From NCBI GenBank assembly GCA_038087875.1, contig CM075991.1:2294001-2358000 (forward strand): a stretch of 64,000 bases of DNA. The letters are read 5' to 3'. Below, one piece after another: positions 49,957 through 62,192 of the stretch. Position numbers and translations under genes: made by a program. The notes under the pieces are model-generated. The model ran no database searches, was not told the origin of the DNA, and saw nothing but the letters and a program-made list of their open reading frames with translations. Source of the stretch: Malacoraja senta (Eukaryota). The first letter of the stretch is position 1. Every line of letters starts with the position of its first letter.

Positions 49957-50999
49957 TAGGTATGTTACAATACTTACCTTCAGCGGCGCTGCAATTCTGC
50001 CACTGGTCGTGTGTGCGATTTTGACGCCTTTGAGGGGGGGGCGGGGTTAAAACGTGGGTTTCTCCTACCTTGTCCTGTATTATATTTCATTGGAGTACCA
50101 GCTTTTGCGGAAGAATCGTTCCGAGGGGCGTTTTGAGTATTTTGTTTTAAAAATCTCCCGACAATTTCAGCGCTGGAGTCATTTTAAAATCAGCTTCTGA
50201 AGCCGTCAACGCCGACAACGGGGACGGATTTCACACACGGGACACGTAAACGAAAGTAATTTATTTTTATGTATAAACGTTCTCCTTAAGAGGCCTTTAA
50301 TTCACATTTTTACATGCGACACGGTGATTCTTTTCCCCGAACTAACGGCAATAATTTTCATGCCGATACGGGGTTAAATTAACCGCAAATCAACGTTCCA
50401 AATGACCGTGTTCCAGAAATCCCCATTCGCAAGATGATATAAATGCTCATTAATTTACAGGTATTAAACATTAAATTTCTTCCATTTGTCCTATAAATCC
50501 ATGACAATGAGATAAAAAAATTATGTTATATTGTGAATTCTTGTGTGAATGTTATTTGGACACTTAGGCTATTTAAAAATGTTAATTTATTCTTAAGAAA
50601 TTGATAGATGTTTAGATCTAGTAATTGAATTTTGTAATTAGCTACAATTAGGTAACTAACTAATTATATGCTTTAATTTCATGTCATCTAAGTAAGATTG
50701 TTTCATATTTGTTTCAGAATGCTTCAATCTATAATAACTGAAAATTTCTTTCAGTTCTCTTAATTTTTAAGAAAGTTATGGGCTTTTGACTGTCCTCGAT
50801 CACAGCTTTTGTGTTAAGTCAATGGAAAAGCAATAGCGAACAAGATGCTAATTTCCGAGTATGAAAATGGCCATAACTTTTTTAATATTGAAGATATGAA
50901 AGTGAATTATGTGTCAAATTAAACTTCTTTTTATGCTTTATCTGATGGGGTAAATTACCGACTTTATTTTTTAAATCTCAAAATGTTGTAACATTTCTA
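49957..50999. mobile_element. Non-autonomous TIR DNA transposon, 1043 bp (copy 2)
   Basis: TAGGTATGTTACAA...TTGTAACATTTCTA; flanking direct repeat ATATTAG (49950-49956 and 51000-51006). Confidence 0.85.
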
Positions 51000-51211
51000 A
51001 TATTAGCACCAGACATTTCAAGAGTAAAATAAGGAAACCTTGCTTGCACTAACTCCAACAGACATTTGAAATACTCTTCTGCAATTGGCAGTTGATGTAG
51101 GATCAATATCTACTTTCAAAGCTGAGACAAATTAATTCTTAAATTGTATCATTAAGCTGCATGATCTCACGGATTGGCAAAACAGGCTTGACAGATAAAA
51201 TAGCAGACACA

Positions 51212-51529
51212 TGTGTAGGAAGGAACTGCAGATGCTGGTTTAAACTGAAGATAGACACAAAATGCTGGAGTAACTCAGCTGGGCAGGCAGCATCTCTGGA
51301 GAGAAGGAATGAGTGACATTTCGGGTCGAGACCCTTCTTCAGACTGGTTAGTGATAAGGGAAATGCGAGATATAGACGATGATGTAGAGAGATAAAGAAC
51401 AATGAATGAAAGATATGCAAAAAAGTAACGATGATAAAGGAAACAGGCCATTGTTAGCTGTTTGTTGTGTAAAAATGAGAAGCTGGTGCGAATTGGGTGG
51501 GGGTGGGATAGAGAGAGAGGGAATGCCGG
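51212..51529 (-). mobile_element. Penelope-like element, pLTR half (split by the hAT-type insertion)
   Basis: pLTR with hammerhead-like core on the minus strand (about 51315-51343); joins seamlessly to 62468+ by comparison with the uninterrupted copy at 13500-13565. Confidence 0.8.
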
Positions 51530-51651
51530 CAGGGCCGGCCTTAGGGGGTGCGGGGCCCAATTGGGAACAATTTTATTGAGCCCCAGGTTCCCAGCCAAGG
51601 TCTGTCAGCCCTGTTATTTAGTATATATTATGAAATTGTACACTAAGGTGC

Positions 51652-54600
51652 GGGAGCCCCGGACTTTAAATTTTCCCACGCTGGCTGTGAAACTCCCGAC
51701 CCGAGGATCCCAGGTACGGTACCTGGAAACCCCGGGATGACCTCCAGAGCCGACGGGCTGGATCTCCCAGAAACAATGAAGCTGGAGCTGCTGACTTTGA
51801 AGGTACCCCTGTTCGTTACGGAGCTGGAGCTGCCGTCTGTGAGGGAATCCCCGTTCCAGCGCAGGTTCGCAGAAACAGCAGGTACAGTAAGCAGAGTACC
51901 TGGAAACAAAGGGGAAGCCTCCATTATGTCCGGAAACGTGGCCGATGGGCAGGACTTCAGGTCAGACTGAAGCGCAGGGGACTTCGGCCCCCTCTCCCTA
52001 CTATCCTACTGGCCAACGTACAGTCCCTTGAAAATAAATGGGGGACTTAAGTGCAAGACTGCTTTATCAAAGGGAGCTGAGGGAATGCTCTGTGTTCTGT
52101 TTCACAGAGACATGGCTCACCCCCAGTTCCCCAGACTCAGCGGTCCAGCCTGAAGGGTTCTCCATCCACCGTATGGACCGTACACTGGCATCTGGGAAAG
52201 GGAGAGGAGGGGGCGTCTGCCTCATGGTCAACTCTGCGTGGTGCTCAGACGTGGCAGTCCTGTCCAACTCCTGCTCTCCACACCTCGAACATCTGGCGGT
52301 GAAGTGCCGTCCCTTCTACCTACCGAGGGAATTCACCTCCATCATCCTGACCGCGGTCTACATCCCACCCCAGGCAGACGTCCGTCTGGCACTGGAGGAG
52401 CTGCATGCCGTGGTCAACAAACACCAGACGTCTTACCTCGAGGCATTTACCACCATTGCTGGGGACTTCAATAAGGCAAACCTCAAGAAATCACTCCCTA
52501 CCTTCCACCAACATGTCTCCTGCTGCACCAGAGGATCAAACACCCTCGACCACTGCTACACCACCATCAAGAATGCCTATCGTTCTATTCCTCGCCCTCA
52601 CTTCGGTAAATCCGACCATACTGCCTGCCTCCACTGCTTCTTCCTGCCTTCAGGCAGCAATTGAAGAGCGCACCTCCAGAGGTGAGGACAGTACAGAGCT
52701 GGTCGGGGGGGGGGGGGTGGGGGGGCAGAGGAACAACTCCAGGACTGTTTGGAATCTGTAGACTGGGCAATGTTCAAGGACTCGGCAACGGACCTGAACG
52801 ACTACGCCACAGTCGTTACAGACTTCATTAAGAAGTGTGTGGAGGACTGCATCCCTACAAAAACCTTCCGAGTGTTTCCCAATCAGAAACCTTGGATGAA
52901 CTTTGAGATCTGCACTCTTCTGAAGTCCAGACACCGGGCATTCACGTCCGATGATACAGTAGCCTACAAGAAGTCCAGATATGACCTTGGTAAGGCCATC
53001 AAAAAGGCCAAAAGGGACTTCTGCTCCAAACTGGAGGATGAGACAGATGTTCGGCGGCTGTGGCAGGGCCTGAATGCAATCACCTCCTACAAGGCGAAAC
53101 CAGGAGGCAGCTTGAATGTCGGCGAAACATCACTCCCTGACAAGCTCAATGCGTTTTACGCACGCTTTGATAGGGAGAACACTGATGTGTCTTCCCGAGC
53201 CCCCATTCGCTGTGATGGTATTTCAGTCTCAGTCACAGAGGCCGACGTCAGGAAATCCTTCAGAGGGGTGAATCCTCGAAAAGCGCCTGGACCTGATGGT
53301 ATGTTCTAAAAACCTGTGCGGACCAACTGGGTGGAGTTTTTACGGACATTTTCAACCTCTCACTTCTGAGGTCTGAGGTCCCCACCTGGTTTAAAAGGGC
53401 ATCAATTATACCAGTGCCCAAGAAGAGCAAGGTGACGTGCCTCAATGACTATCGACCTGTGGCACTAATGCCTGTAGTGATGAAGTGCTTTGAGAGGTTG
53501 ATCATGGAGCAAATCAACTCCTACCTCGACAAAAACCTGGACCCACTGCAGTTCGCTTACCGCCACAACAGATCAATGGTGGATGAGATCTCGCTGGCCC
53601 TTCACTCTGCTCTGGACCACTTGGACAACAAAAAACTCATATGTCAGGCTGTTATTCATCGATTACAGCTCGGCATTTAATACAATCATCCCCTCCAAGC
53701 TGGTTACCAAACTCGCAGAACTGGGTCTCTGCGCATCCCTCTGCAATTGGATCCTCGACTTCCTCATTCACAGACCACAGTCTGTTCGTATTGGTGGAAA
53801 TGTGTCAGCCTCGATAACAATCAGCACGGGAGCACCTCAAGGCTGCGAGCTCAGCCCCCTGCTGTACTCACTCTATACTCATGACTGCGTAGCCGGTCAC
53901 AGTGCGAACTCCATCATCAAGTTCGTGACGACACCACTGTTGTCGGACGTATCACTGATGGGGATGAGTCAGCGTATAGAAGAGAGATCGAGCAACTGTC
54001 CATATGGTGCCAGCACAATAACATGGCCCTCAACACTAGCAAAACCAAGGAACTGATTGTGGACTTTGGAAGGAGTAGGATGGGGACCCACAGTCCCGTT
54101 TATATCAACGGGTCAATGGTTGAAAGGGTCAAGAGCTTCAAATTCCTGGGCGTGCACATCTCTGAAGATCTTTCCTGGTCCGAGGAACACTAATGCAATT
54201 ATCAAGAGAGCACATCAGCGCCTCTACTTCCTGAGAAGACTACGGAGAGTCGGTTTGTCAAGGAGGACTCTCTCTAACTTCTACAGGTGCACAGTAGAGA
54301 GCATGCTGACCGGTTGCATCGTGGCTTCGTTCGGCAACTTGAGCGCCCTGGAGAGGAAAAGACTACAAAAAGTAGCAAACACTGCCCAGTCCATCATCGG
54401 CTCTGACCTTCCTTCCATCGAGGGGATTTATCGCAATCGCTGCCTTAAAAAGGCTGGCAGTATCATTAAAGACCCACATCATCCTGGCCACACACTCATC
54501 TCCCTGCTACCTTCAGGTAGAAGGTACATGAGCCTGAAGACTGCAACAACCAGGTTCAGGAATATCTACTTCCCCACAGCCATCAGGCTATTAAACCTGG

Positions 54601-54804
54601 CTCGGACAAAACTCTGATCATTAATAACCCATTATCTGTTATTTGCACTTTATTAGTCTATTTATTCATGTGTGTATATATTTATACAATGGTATATGGA
54701 CACACTGATCTGTTCTGTAGTCAATGCCTACTATGATCTGTGTGCTGAAGCAAAGCAAGAATTTCATTGTCCTATCAGGGACACATGACAATAAACTCAC
54801 TTGA
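51652..54804 (+). mobile_element. Rex1/Babar LINE, near full length, frameshifted APE-RT
   Basis: APE motifs (FTETW, GGGV, VYIPP, AGDFN, LDHCY, SDH) and RT motifs ([35 protein letters not shown]); 10-bp TSD ACTAAGGTGC (51642-51651 and 54805-54814). Confidence 0.93.
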
Positions 54805-54921
54805 ACTAAGGTGCTATGGATTATACACTGTCTTAATCTCTCCTGCTCCCGTTTGACTGTCAGTACCTCCACTGGCTTCCAACCTTTACCGTAGCTGCTA
54901 ATAACCATTAAACTGCATTAT

Positions 54922-55056
54922 GTGATTGGACACAATGCCCTTGGAGAAAGAGGCTGATTGGACGGGAGGAGACCGAATTGTTGATTGGACGGGAATTTTA
55001 AGGCAAGCTGGTTGGTGATTGGACGCAACCCCCTTAGAGACAGCGGTTGATTGGCC
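54922..55056 (-). promoter_or_regulatory. Cluster of five CCAAT boxes
   Basis: TGATTGG with GATTGG starting at 54924, 54956, 54983, 55017 and 55049 (spacing 32, 27, 34, 32). Function is inferred only. Confidence 0.4.
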
Positions 55057-56266
55057 ACCAAATAATCGGGCACAAATTAATTGACAAATAGGAAAATAAT
55101 AAAATCGCTGGTCGGTGTGAACTCAGTGGACTATCTGCACTGTATCTCCAAACTAAACAGTATAACATGCAGGTACATTCATTTAAAATAAAATTCAGTG
55201 ATTATTTCACATAATTTCTCACTGTATCTGACTAATTTCTGTTTAAGACGTTTGGTCTGCCTTCGGCATTGACTCTGAACTAAAAACCTAAACCAGACTC
55301 AATTGTATCATCACATTGGACTCAGTAGACTCACACATCTCTGCATTCAGGAGGCTGCCGTGGTTGGAATCACCGGCTCTGAGACCAGAGTGGGTAAAGT
55401 GACCTGCGATCAATACCTAAGATGATAGCCCTTCTCGATAAAAAAATAGTGAAGCTTTTCACTCTAACCATGATGGCTGGAGCTTCTTGCAAGGTGATCT
55501 ATGACCTCGCTAAATAAATATTGTCGTAACGCTCAGTTGAGGTCAAATGAAGGAGATATTCATTACATTGTTCAGTGGAGCCCATGGATGTGTCACTGAA
55601 AGCAGTGAAGAAAGCAATCTCCACACTGCTTGTCCCCGCGTTTAATGGTGACTTTTAAATTACTTGAAATAAAAGTTAATTTCTCTTTGTACCAAATGTC
55701 AACCGTGCTTCTATTGAAAGAGAATAGTAAGATTAAATGAGAACTTACCAGTTTGAAGTTTGATCTTTATTTTATGAGGAGTTACGTTGGTGATTACGTG
55801 AAGAAGACCAGTCAGGGCGCACCCGCGTCAATCTTCAAAGCAGCGGTATGAAATCACAGACAACACCATCATTGAAGTAACATATTAAGATGATCAACAT
55901 GAGAACTACCATTATGACCTTTTTTCTATGAGAGAGGGTTGGGCGTGGCGGGCACGTAATCACCAACGTAACTCCTCATAAAATAAAGATCAAACTTCAA
56001 ACTGGTAAGTTCTCATTTAATCTTACTATTTTACTTCAGAGTCACGTGAGTGACTACGTGAAGATTTTAAAGCTCTGTGATTTTTATGCCGCAGATCAAA
56101 ATCCTGGCTTCTCACTGCATTGATTGACTCTGAGTATCATCAATAATGCTGTAAACATGACATTGCATATCATGCAAAAACAAAACAGTTCTATTTTTGG
56201 TCATAAAACAACCAATAAACCCTCTTAATTTAGGGCAACAGAATTAAACAGTATTGAAAACAGACT

Positions 56267-57290
56267 TTAAACATTAGCAACAGCACTCAATATTGAGGTG
56301 GCAAACAGCCCTCCATCGGCAATCGGCCGATGGTAGTATTGCTGAAACACAAGTTCATTTTTCCAACCTGCGGCTTTTAATATATGGTCGATGGGAACGT
56401 CCATCGCCCTGGCCGCGGATGTTGCTACTGCGCTAGTGGAATGAGATGTAAACACATAAATGTTAATACCTGGCTGAACCAACTCTTGCTTTAACCACCT
56501 TGAGATAGTCTGAACTGCCACTCTTTTATGTTGGCTTCTTGTAACTGACAAATGATCCTGTTTCTTCTTGTCTTAAAGCCCTTGTGGCTTCAATGTAATG
56601 TAAGATATGTGTCCTTACACATAAACATGGAGCTGTAGGATATGCTGAGAACACAATCTTAAATCCTGTCACACCTGGCCTGCTTTGTTTGAGCAGGTGA
56701 TAAATATAAAACATAACATTTTCTGTAGACACTTTCATTCTATCTAACTGAAGTGTTTGGAAAGTCTGCACTCTCTGTGCTTACACCAATGACATTAGCA
56801 TAGCCAATTTCATGGTTAATTTTAACAAAGTTATACACGTGACAGGGACCGAATGACAAAGCATGTTAAGAACAACGCTTACATCCCAGATTACCATATA
56901 CCTAGGCTTAGGCGGTTTGGAATTAAAGATTCCTTCCATCAACCTAGATATGAGAGGGTGAGAACCTATACTTTGTGTCCATGTACCTATTACAAGCTTT
57001 GCCGACAAAGCACTTCTAGCTGTATTGATAACACTATAGCTAAAACCCTCATCATAATAAAGTGTAGATAAACTCTAACACATTTTCAATAACTACAGTA
57101 TCATATTGAATAGTCTTTTGAACACAATATTGTTCCCATTTAAAAAAAAAAAATCATAAGTCATATACTGCTTTTGAGTACTCTTTCTCCAGGCTGCAGT
57201 GAGTATATCCACCGTTGGCCTAGAAAGTCCTCGACCAATGTAAGGCATTCTTACAAACCTACAAATTAAGAGATCAATACGATCACATAA
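56267..57290 (-). pseudogene. DIRS tyrosine recombinase (fragmented)
   Basis: HPLISRLMEGIFNSKPPKPRY..WDVS.VL, LKQSRPG, TISRWLK, SHST, AAGW..F..YYHRP. Confidence 0.88.
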
Positions 57291-57472
57291 CATAGAAACA
57301 TAGAAAATAGGTGCAGGAGGAGGCCATTCGGCCCTTCGAGGGATGATAATGGATGAACTTAACGCATTACTGGATGCTCCAGCAAATTCCTACTGTTTGG
57401 AACCAGCAAAAGGAGGTTGGATCACTATCTGTAACCTGAAAAGGAACCATGGTTGAATCGGGCAATTTGGTA

Positions 57473-57778
57473 TCACCAAAACCCCTGAAGCGTCATCCTG
57501 CTTGATTTTCTCAAACACCGACCTATGAGGCAGAATGGTGGGAAAATGTACACAAACATATCATCCCAATTTAGTGAAAAAGCATCAATTGCCACAGCCC
57601 CTGGATCTGGTTCCCATGAAACATATTTTGGCCTTCCATATAGAAGTACTATGTTCTTGAACACATCCTGGTTCAACATCCACTCTGTATTATCACGTAA
57701 TTTTCGTGACCTGCCATCTGGTACTACATTAAGTTTCCCTGGCAGATAGATAGCTCCAATCCAAATATCTCTATCCAT
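57473..57778 (-). pseudogene. DIRS RNase H end plus DNA adenine-methyltransferase-like domain (fragment)
   Basis: YLPGKLNV..D..SR then PDPGAVAIDAFSLNW..VYIFPPF. Confidence 0.8.
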
Positions 57779-58099
57779 ACTCCAGGTCCAATTCTATTTG
57801 CCAACCTGTCACATGATAACTATTTGATTCCACCCATGTGATTCATATAAGCAACTGCTGTAGTGTTGTGTATTTTGCACTGCACATGCAAACTAGTTTA
57901 GTTAGTGCCATAAGCCTTGAGTCCATAAAATACTCTTGGTTAATTCCCCATGTTTGCAGAAGCAATGTCCATCTGTCTCCACAGCTGGATCTTGTATCAG
58001 TAGCACCCTACCCAAGTGCTCTGACATCGGTCTGCAAAATCATGGAATCTTGGTCCAATAACACTTTGGAACTACTAGTGGACACATGCTGAATCCACC

Positions 58100-58830
58100 A
58101 TTGTACCTCAGCAACAGCCTCTATTGATAGAAGCATAGGTCTATTATAATGACCCTAATGTATCCTCAGTGCTTGTTCCTTTGACCTTTGTAATTGTAGA
58201 TAATAAAGTTGGCCATATTGAACTGTGGAAATGCTGCAGCAATTTCCCCAGCAGACTCATCACCTGGCTAATTGAAGGCTGTGTGTGAGCAATTAACTTG
58301 ATACAGCTCTTAATTAGCTCTACCCTTTTTTTTTCTTCTTTTTTTTTGCCTGGGCAAGGTCACAATCGTGTTGAATAAGTCTATTGTGAACCCAACTAGT
58401 CAATTTGTGTCACAGGTATAAATTTAGATTTCTCTGGATAGGTTATGAAGCCTAATTTAAGAAAAAAAATGTTTTTTACCAACTGCCACTGATGCTTCAG
58501 CTGTTTCCTTTGATTGTCCTACAATCAAGATATTATCTAGTTAAGCCATGAGTTCATGCCCTTGACTTCTCATCATGCCTAGAATAGGTTTTAACAACTT
58601 TGTAATCCCTCTAGGAGCTGAAGACAAACTATTAGGCAGTGCATTGTATTGCCATAATTGCCCCATCCAGCTGAATTTTAAATCTTCTATCCTGCAAATG
58701 AACAGACACTGAATAATCCCTGCTTGGTCTGGGAAAGATATTGGACACAAACTGATGGCTTTGGTAAACTGCCTTAGCAATTACACCTTTATTACATAAG
58801 CTTGAAAGTTCCAACTGAACTTTCAATTGT
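58100..58830 (-). pseudogene. DIRS reverse transcriptase (deleted, fragmented)
   Basis: FVSNIFPRP; LWQYNALP..LSSAPR.ITKLLKP; *LDNILI in place of YLDD. Confidence 0.75.
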
Positions 58831-58923
58831 TCAGTGATAGTGAAGTCAAACTCCTTTTTGGAACATGTTGCATGGGTAAATCAGAATTTGCATTAAGCTT
58901 TATTTGATATCCTTCAATAACCT

Positions 58924-59667
58924 TCAGTATAAAGATATCTGACGTATCACATTAGATCTGTCTACATGAGAACCAGACCCACTTACCTCCTTACCACCTG
59001 GCATTCTCCCCCGGCCTCGAGCTGGATATCTCACCTTCCCTGGCGGTGCTACAGCCAAACGCCAACTGCGCTGCGTCGTAGCTGGACTCGTCCCTTGCCC
59101 GGACCAGTCTCCTCGCTTATAGGGATACTTCTGCTTTAGTGAATATGTGGTTGCCGTCTTAGCCTCCTCCTCCAGCTCCTTCACCTGCTGTGCGAAATCC
59201 TCGCCAAACAGCTGTGCCGGTTGCACTGTGCCAGGCTGGCAGAGTGAAGCATATTTAGAATTGATGGTTGGTCTAATCGCAGTCTTGCAGAGGCAGTTGA
59301 TCTCAAAGTGGGCACTCCACAATAGCGCCTTTTGTTGTAATTTGTCATGGCCTCTCCATCCACCATCCTGGCAAAGCTCGTTATACCAGATGCCAACAAC
59401 TTTAAACAGGCCACAATTGATTGGGGCTTCATGCTTCCTTACTGTCTCATCCATTGTCAGCTCCTGTAGCTGATGTGAGACTTGGTAATTTATGCTGGTG
59501 GCAAGTTCCTCACCCAGAGGCTCACCAGCGTCCGACGACATGGCAAACCGTGCTGCACACGGTGTCAGCTCTGGCAGCTGCCTGCCCTCCATTTGGAAGT
59601 CATCGGACTCAGGGTCAGAGCGTATCTGCCCTTCTGCACTCACCTCTTGCAAAGAGGGTGCTTTCAA
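58924..59667 (-). pseudogene. DIRS gag-like ORF remnant
   Basis: Lies upstream of RT; KYASLC..LFGEDF.QQVKEL motif resembles DIRS ORF1. Confidence 0.6.
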
Positions 59668-60444
59668 GCAGGCCTCTACTAGGCACTGCCGGCGGAGCCT
59701 TCCCGACGGCCTCCGGCCTGCACAATTCCTCCTGGAGTGTGGCTTTGTGAAGCAGGCCTCTCCAAGGCACTGCCAGCGGAGCCTTCCCTAAGGCTTCCCG
59801 CCTGCACAACTCCTCCTGGAATGTGTCTGTGGAGCAGCCCCTGTATGAGCTGCTCCTTTTGGATAACCGCTGGGTCACGGTATCCTGTCCCCGACGGGAC
59901 TCTCCTGGCCCGACTCTGCCGAGTCAATGCCCCTGACAGACTTAGCTTATGCCGACCGCCCGACTGGCGTTGGCTGTGTACCCGGTTGGGCACTTTCCGA
60001 AGTCTGTCGCCGCACCGCTACCGGCTTGCGACTCCCCAGAGGTGACAGGCTGCCTTTCAGAGGCTGCGCTCCCGCAGCTCTCTCTCTCCTTGTCCGCAGC
60101 AGACCTGCACCGTGATGATTTTTTTCATTGTTCCTGCATTGTAGGGAAAAAACACAGCAACAATTTCTCTACTTTTCTAACTCCTCCAAAGTCTCCCCGG
60201 CTTTGGTGGAGCTGTAATTACTCACCTCCAGGAGGAGCTCCGTCCTCCTGCTGCCGTTCGTGCCAATGCGTCAGACATAATGACGCGCATGCGCCCTGAC
60301 GGGTCTTCTTCACGTAGTCTTCACGTGACTCCGAAATAAAATACAATACACTTCTTTCTTTAACCTTCCGTAATTCAGTTGACTTTTATTTAAAGTGGAA
60401 GATGCAAACATTGTCAGCTCCACCTGGACTTCACCCAGAGTGAC

Positions 60445-60770
60445 TGGGGAGTCCAGAACAAGGGGCCACAGTTTAAGAATAAGAGGGTAGGTCATGTAGG
60501 ACTGAGATGAGGAAACACCTTTTTACCCAGAGAGTTGTGAATCTGGGCAATTCTCTGCCACAGAAGGCAGTGGTGGCCAATTCACTGGATGTTTTCAAGA
60601 GAGAGTTAGATTTAGCTCTATGGGCTAACGGAATCAAGGGATATGGGGCGAAAGCAGGAACGAGGATACTGATTTTAGATGATCAGCCATGATCATATAG
60701 AATGGCAGTGCTGGATCGAAGGGCCGAATGGCCTACTCCTGCACCTATTTTCTATGTTTCTGTTTCTATG
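60445..60770 (+). mobile_element. CR1 LINE 3' end
   Basis: FTQRVVNL.NSLPQKAV..FKRELD peptide; (TTTCTATG)n tail; similar copies at 9328-9507 and 49470-49750. Confidence 0.85.
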
Positions 60771-62022
60771 ACTGATAGAAATGCATGCTCCATTCTTGAA
60801 GGTATCTTGTGCGGGATTTGAAATCCCCGTCGTCATAACGTGCAAATAAAGATGCTCTGCTTTCTTTCCATAGATTATCTGCTCTAGTTTAGTTTAGTTT
60901 AGTGATATAGCACGGAAACAGGCTCTTCGGCCCACCGAGTCCGCACCGACCAGCAATCCCACACACACAAACACTACCCCACACACACTAGTGACAATTG
61001 ACATTTGTACCAAGCCACTTAACCTCCAACCTGTACGTCTTTGGAGACCGGGAGGAAACGGAAGATCTCGTAGAAAACCAATGCAGGTCAAGGGGAAAAC
61101 GTATAAGCTCCGCACAGACAGCACCAGTCATCAGGAAAGAACCCGGGTCTCTGGCGCTGTGAGGCAGCCACTGTACCGCTGCGCCACCTAGCCGAGAAGG
61201 TTTCTTGTGCGAGATTTGAAAGCCTCGTCAAGTCATAATGAACCAACAAAGATGCTCTATTGTCTTTCCATAGATTATCAGTTTAGTTTAGTTGAGAGAT
61301 ACAGCGCGGAAACAGCCCTTCGGCCCACCGAGTCCGCACCGACCCCTGCACACAAACACAATCCTGCACACAGTTCTTCAGACTGAGAATCAGGGGACAG
61401 GGAAACTAGAGGTATGAAAAGATACAGAACAAAGCCCAGAACAGAATGATTTGTTCTGTACCTTTTCTCACCTCTAGTTTTCCTAATAATATGGAAACCT
61501 TTGAACCATTGAAACGAAGATAGACACAAAATGCTGGAGAAACTCGATGGGACAGGCAGCATCTCTGGGTGGGTGACGTTTTGGGTTGAGGCCCTTCTTC
61601 AGACCCTTCAACCATTGAACCAGCACATTGGAAGTCTGTGAAACAGTGCAGGGCAATGCACCTTCTAGTTTTGTCCAGCACATTGGGGAAGTGAGTTATG
61701 CTTTACTCTAAAACCTTGGCAACAAAAGTAATTGACACCCCCACCAACAGAAAGGAACCGCAGAATGTCAATGATTCCGTGAATGCCGAGGCGACAGGGT
61801 GAGAGAGAGGAAGTGAAAGAGCATGAGGGAGCTAGAGAGAGAAGAAATGGGAGCGGGGGAGAGAGAGCACGCGTGCGCGAGAGAGAGAGAGCGAGGGAGG
61901 GAGGGAGAGAGCAAAAGACAGAGAGACACAACGTGGGTCGATGGGTGAATGACTAACCTGCACACCAAGAAGAAGCTCGCGGTCTGAGCTCTCAACCATG
62001 ATGATGAGTTTTAAGAAATTCT

Positions 62023-62192
62023 CAATGTGTCGTCAATGCATCGATCTACATTCCTCAGTAAATGTAATTGTGTTTTGACCAAGTATTAATGACGTCGCTT
62101 TTGAATAAAATTCACAGGGCGTCATTAATACTTGGTCAAAACACAATTACATTTACTGAGGGAATGTGGATCGATGCATTGATGACACATTG
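62023..62192. repeat. Long inverted repeat (about 72-bp arms, about 24-nt spacer)
   Basis: CAATGTGTCGTCAATGCATCGATC..ATTAATGACG pairs with CGTCATTAAT..GATCGATGCATTGATGACACATTG. Confidence 0.92.

Larger units (their letters stand above)
55723..60343 (-). mobile_element. DIRS1-type tyrosine-recombinase retrotransposon, full outline, ORFs decayed
   Basis: Order gag-RT-RH-MT-YR on the minus strand; ITRs (55795-55830 vs 60281-60316); ICR 55953-56066 is complementary to both termini; small CR1 tail inserted at about 57290-57340. Confidence 0.92.

Noticed and set aside
10557..50999. The two 1043-bp repeats as LTRs of one giant element
   Set aside because: Each has its own TIRs and a different TSD, so they are independent insertions.
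54815..55722. hAT transposase remnant inside the TIR-bounded span
   Set aside because: No BED finger, DDE or dimerisation motif visible, and the ORF track lists nothing within it beyond a spurious frame running out of the Rex1 tail; a tBLASTn would be needed to exclude a very decayed one.
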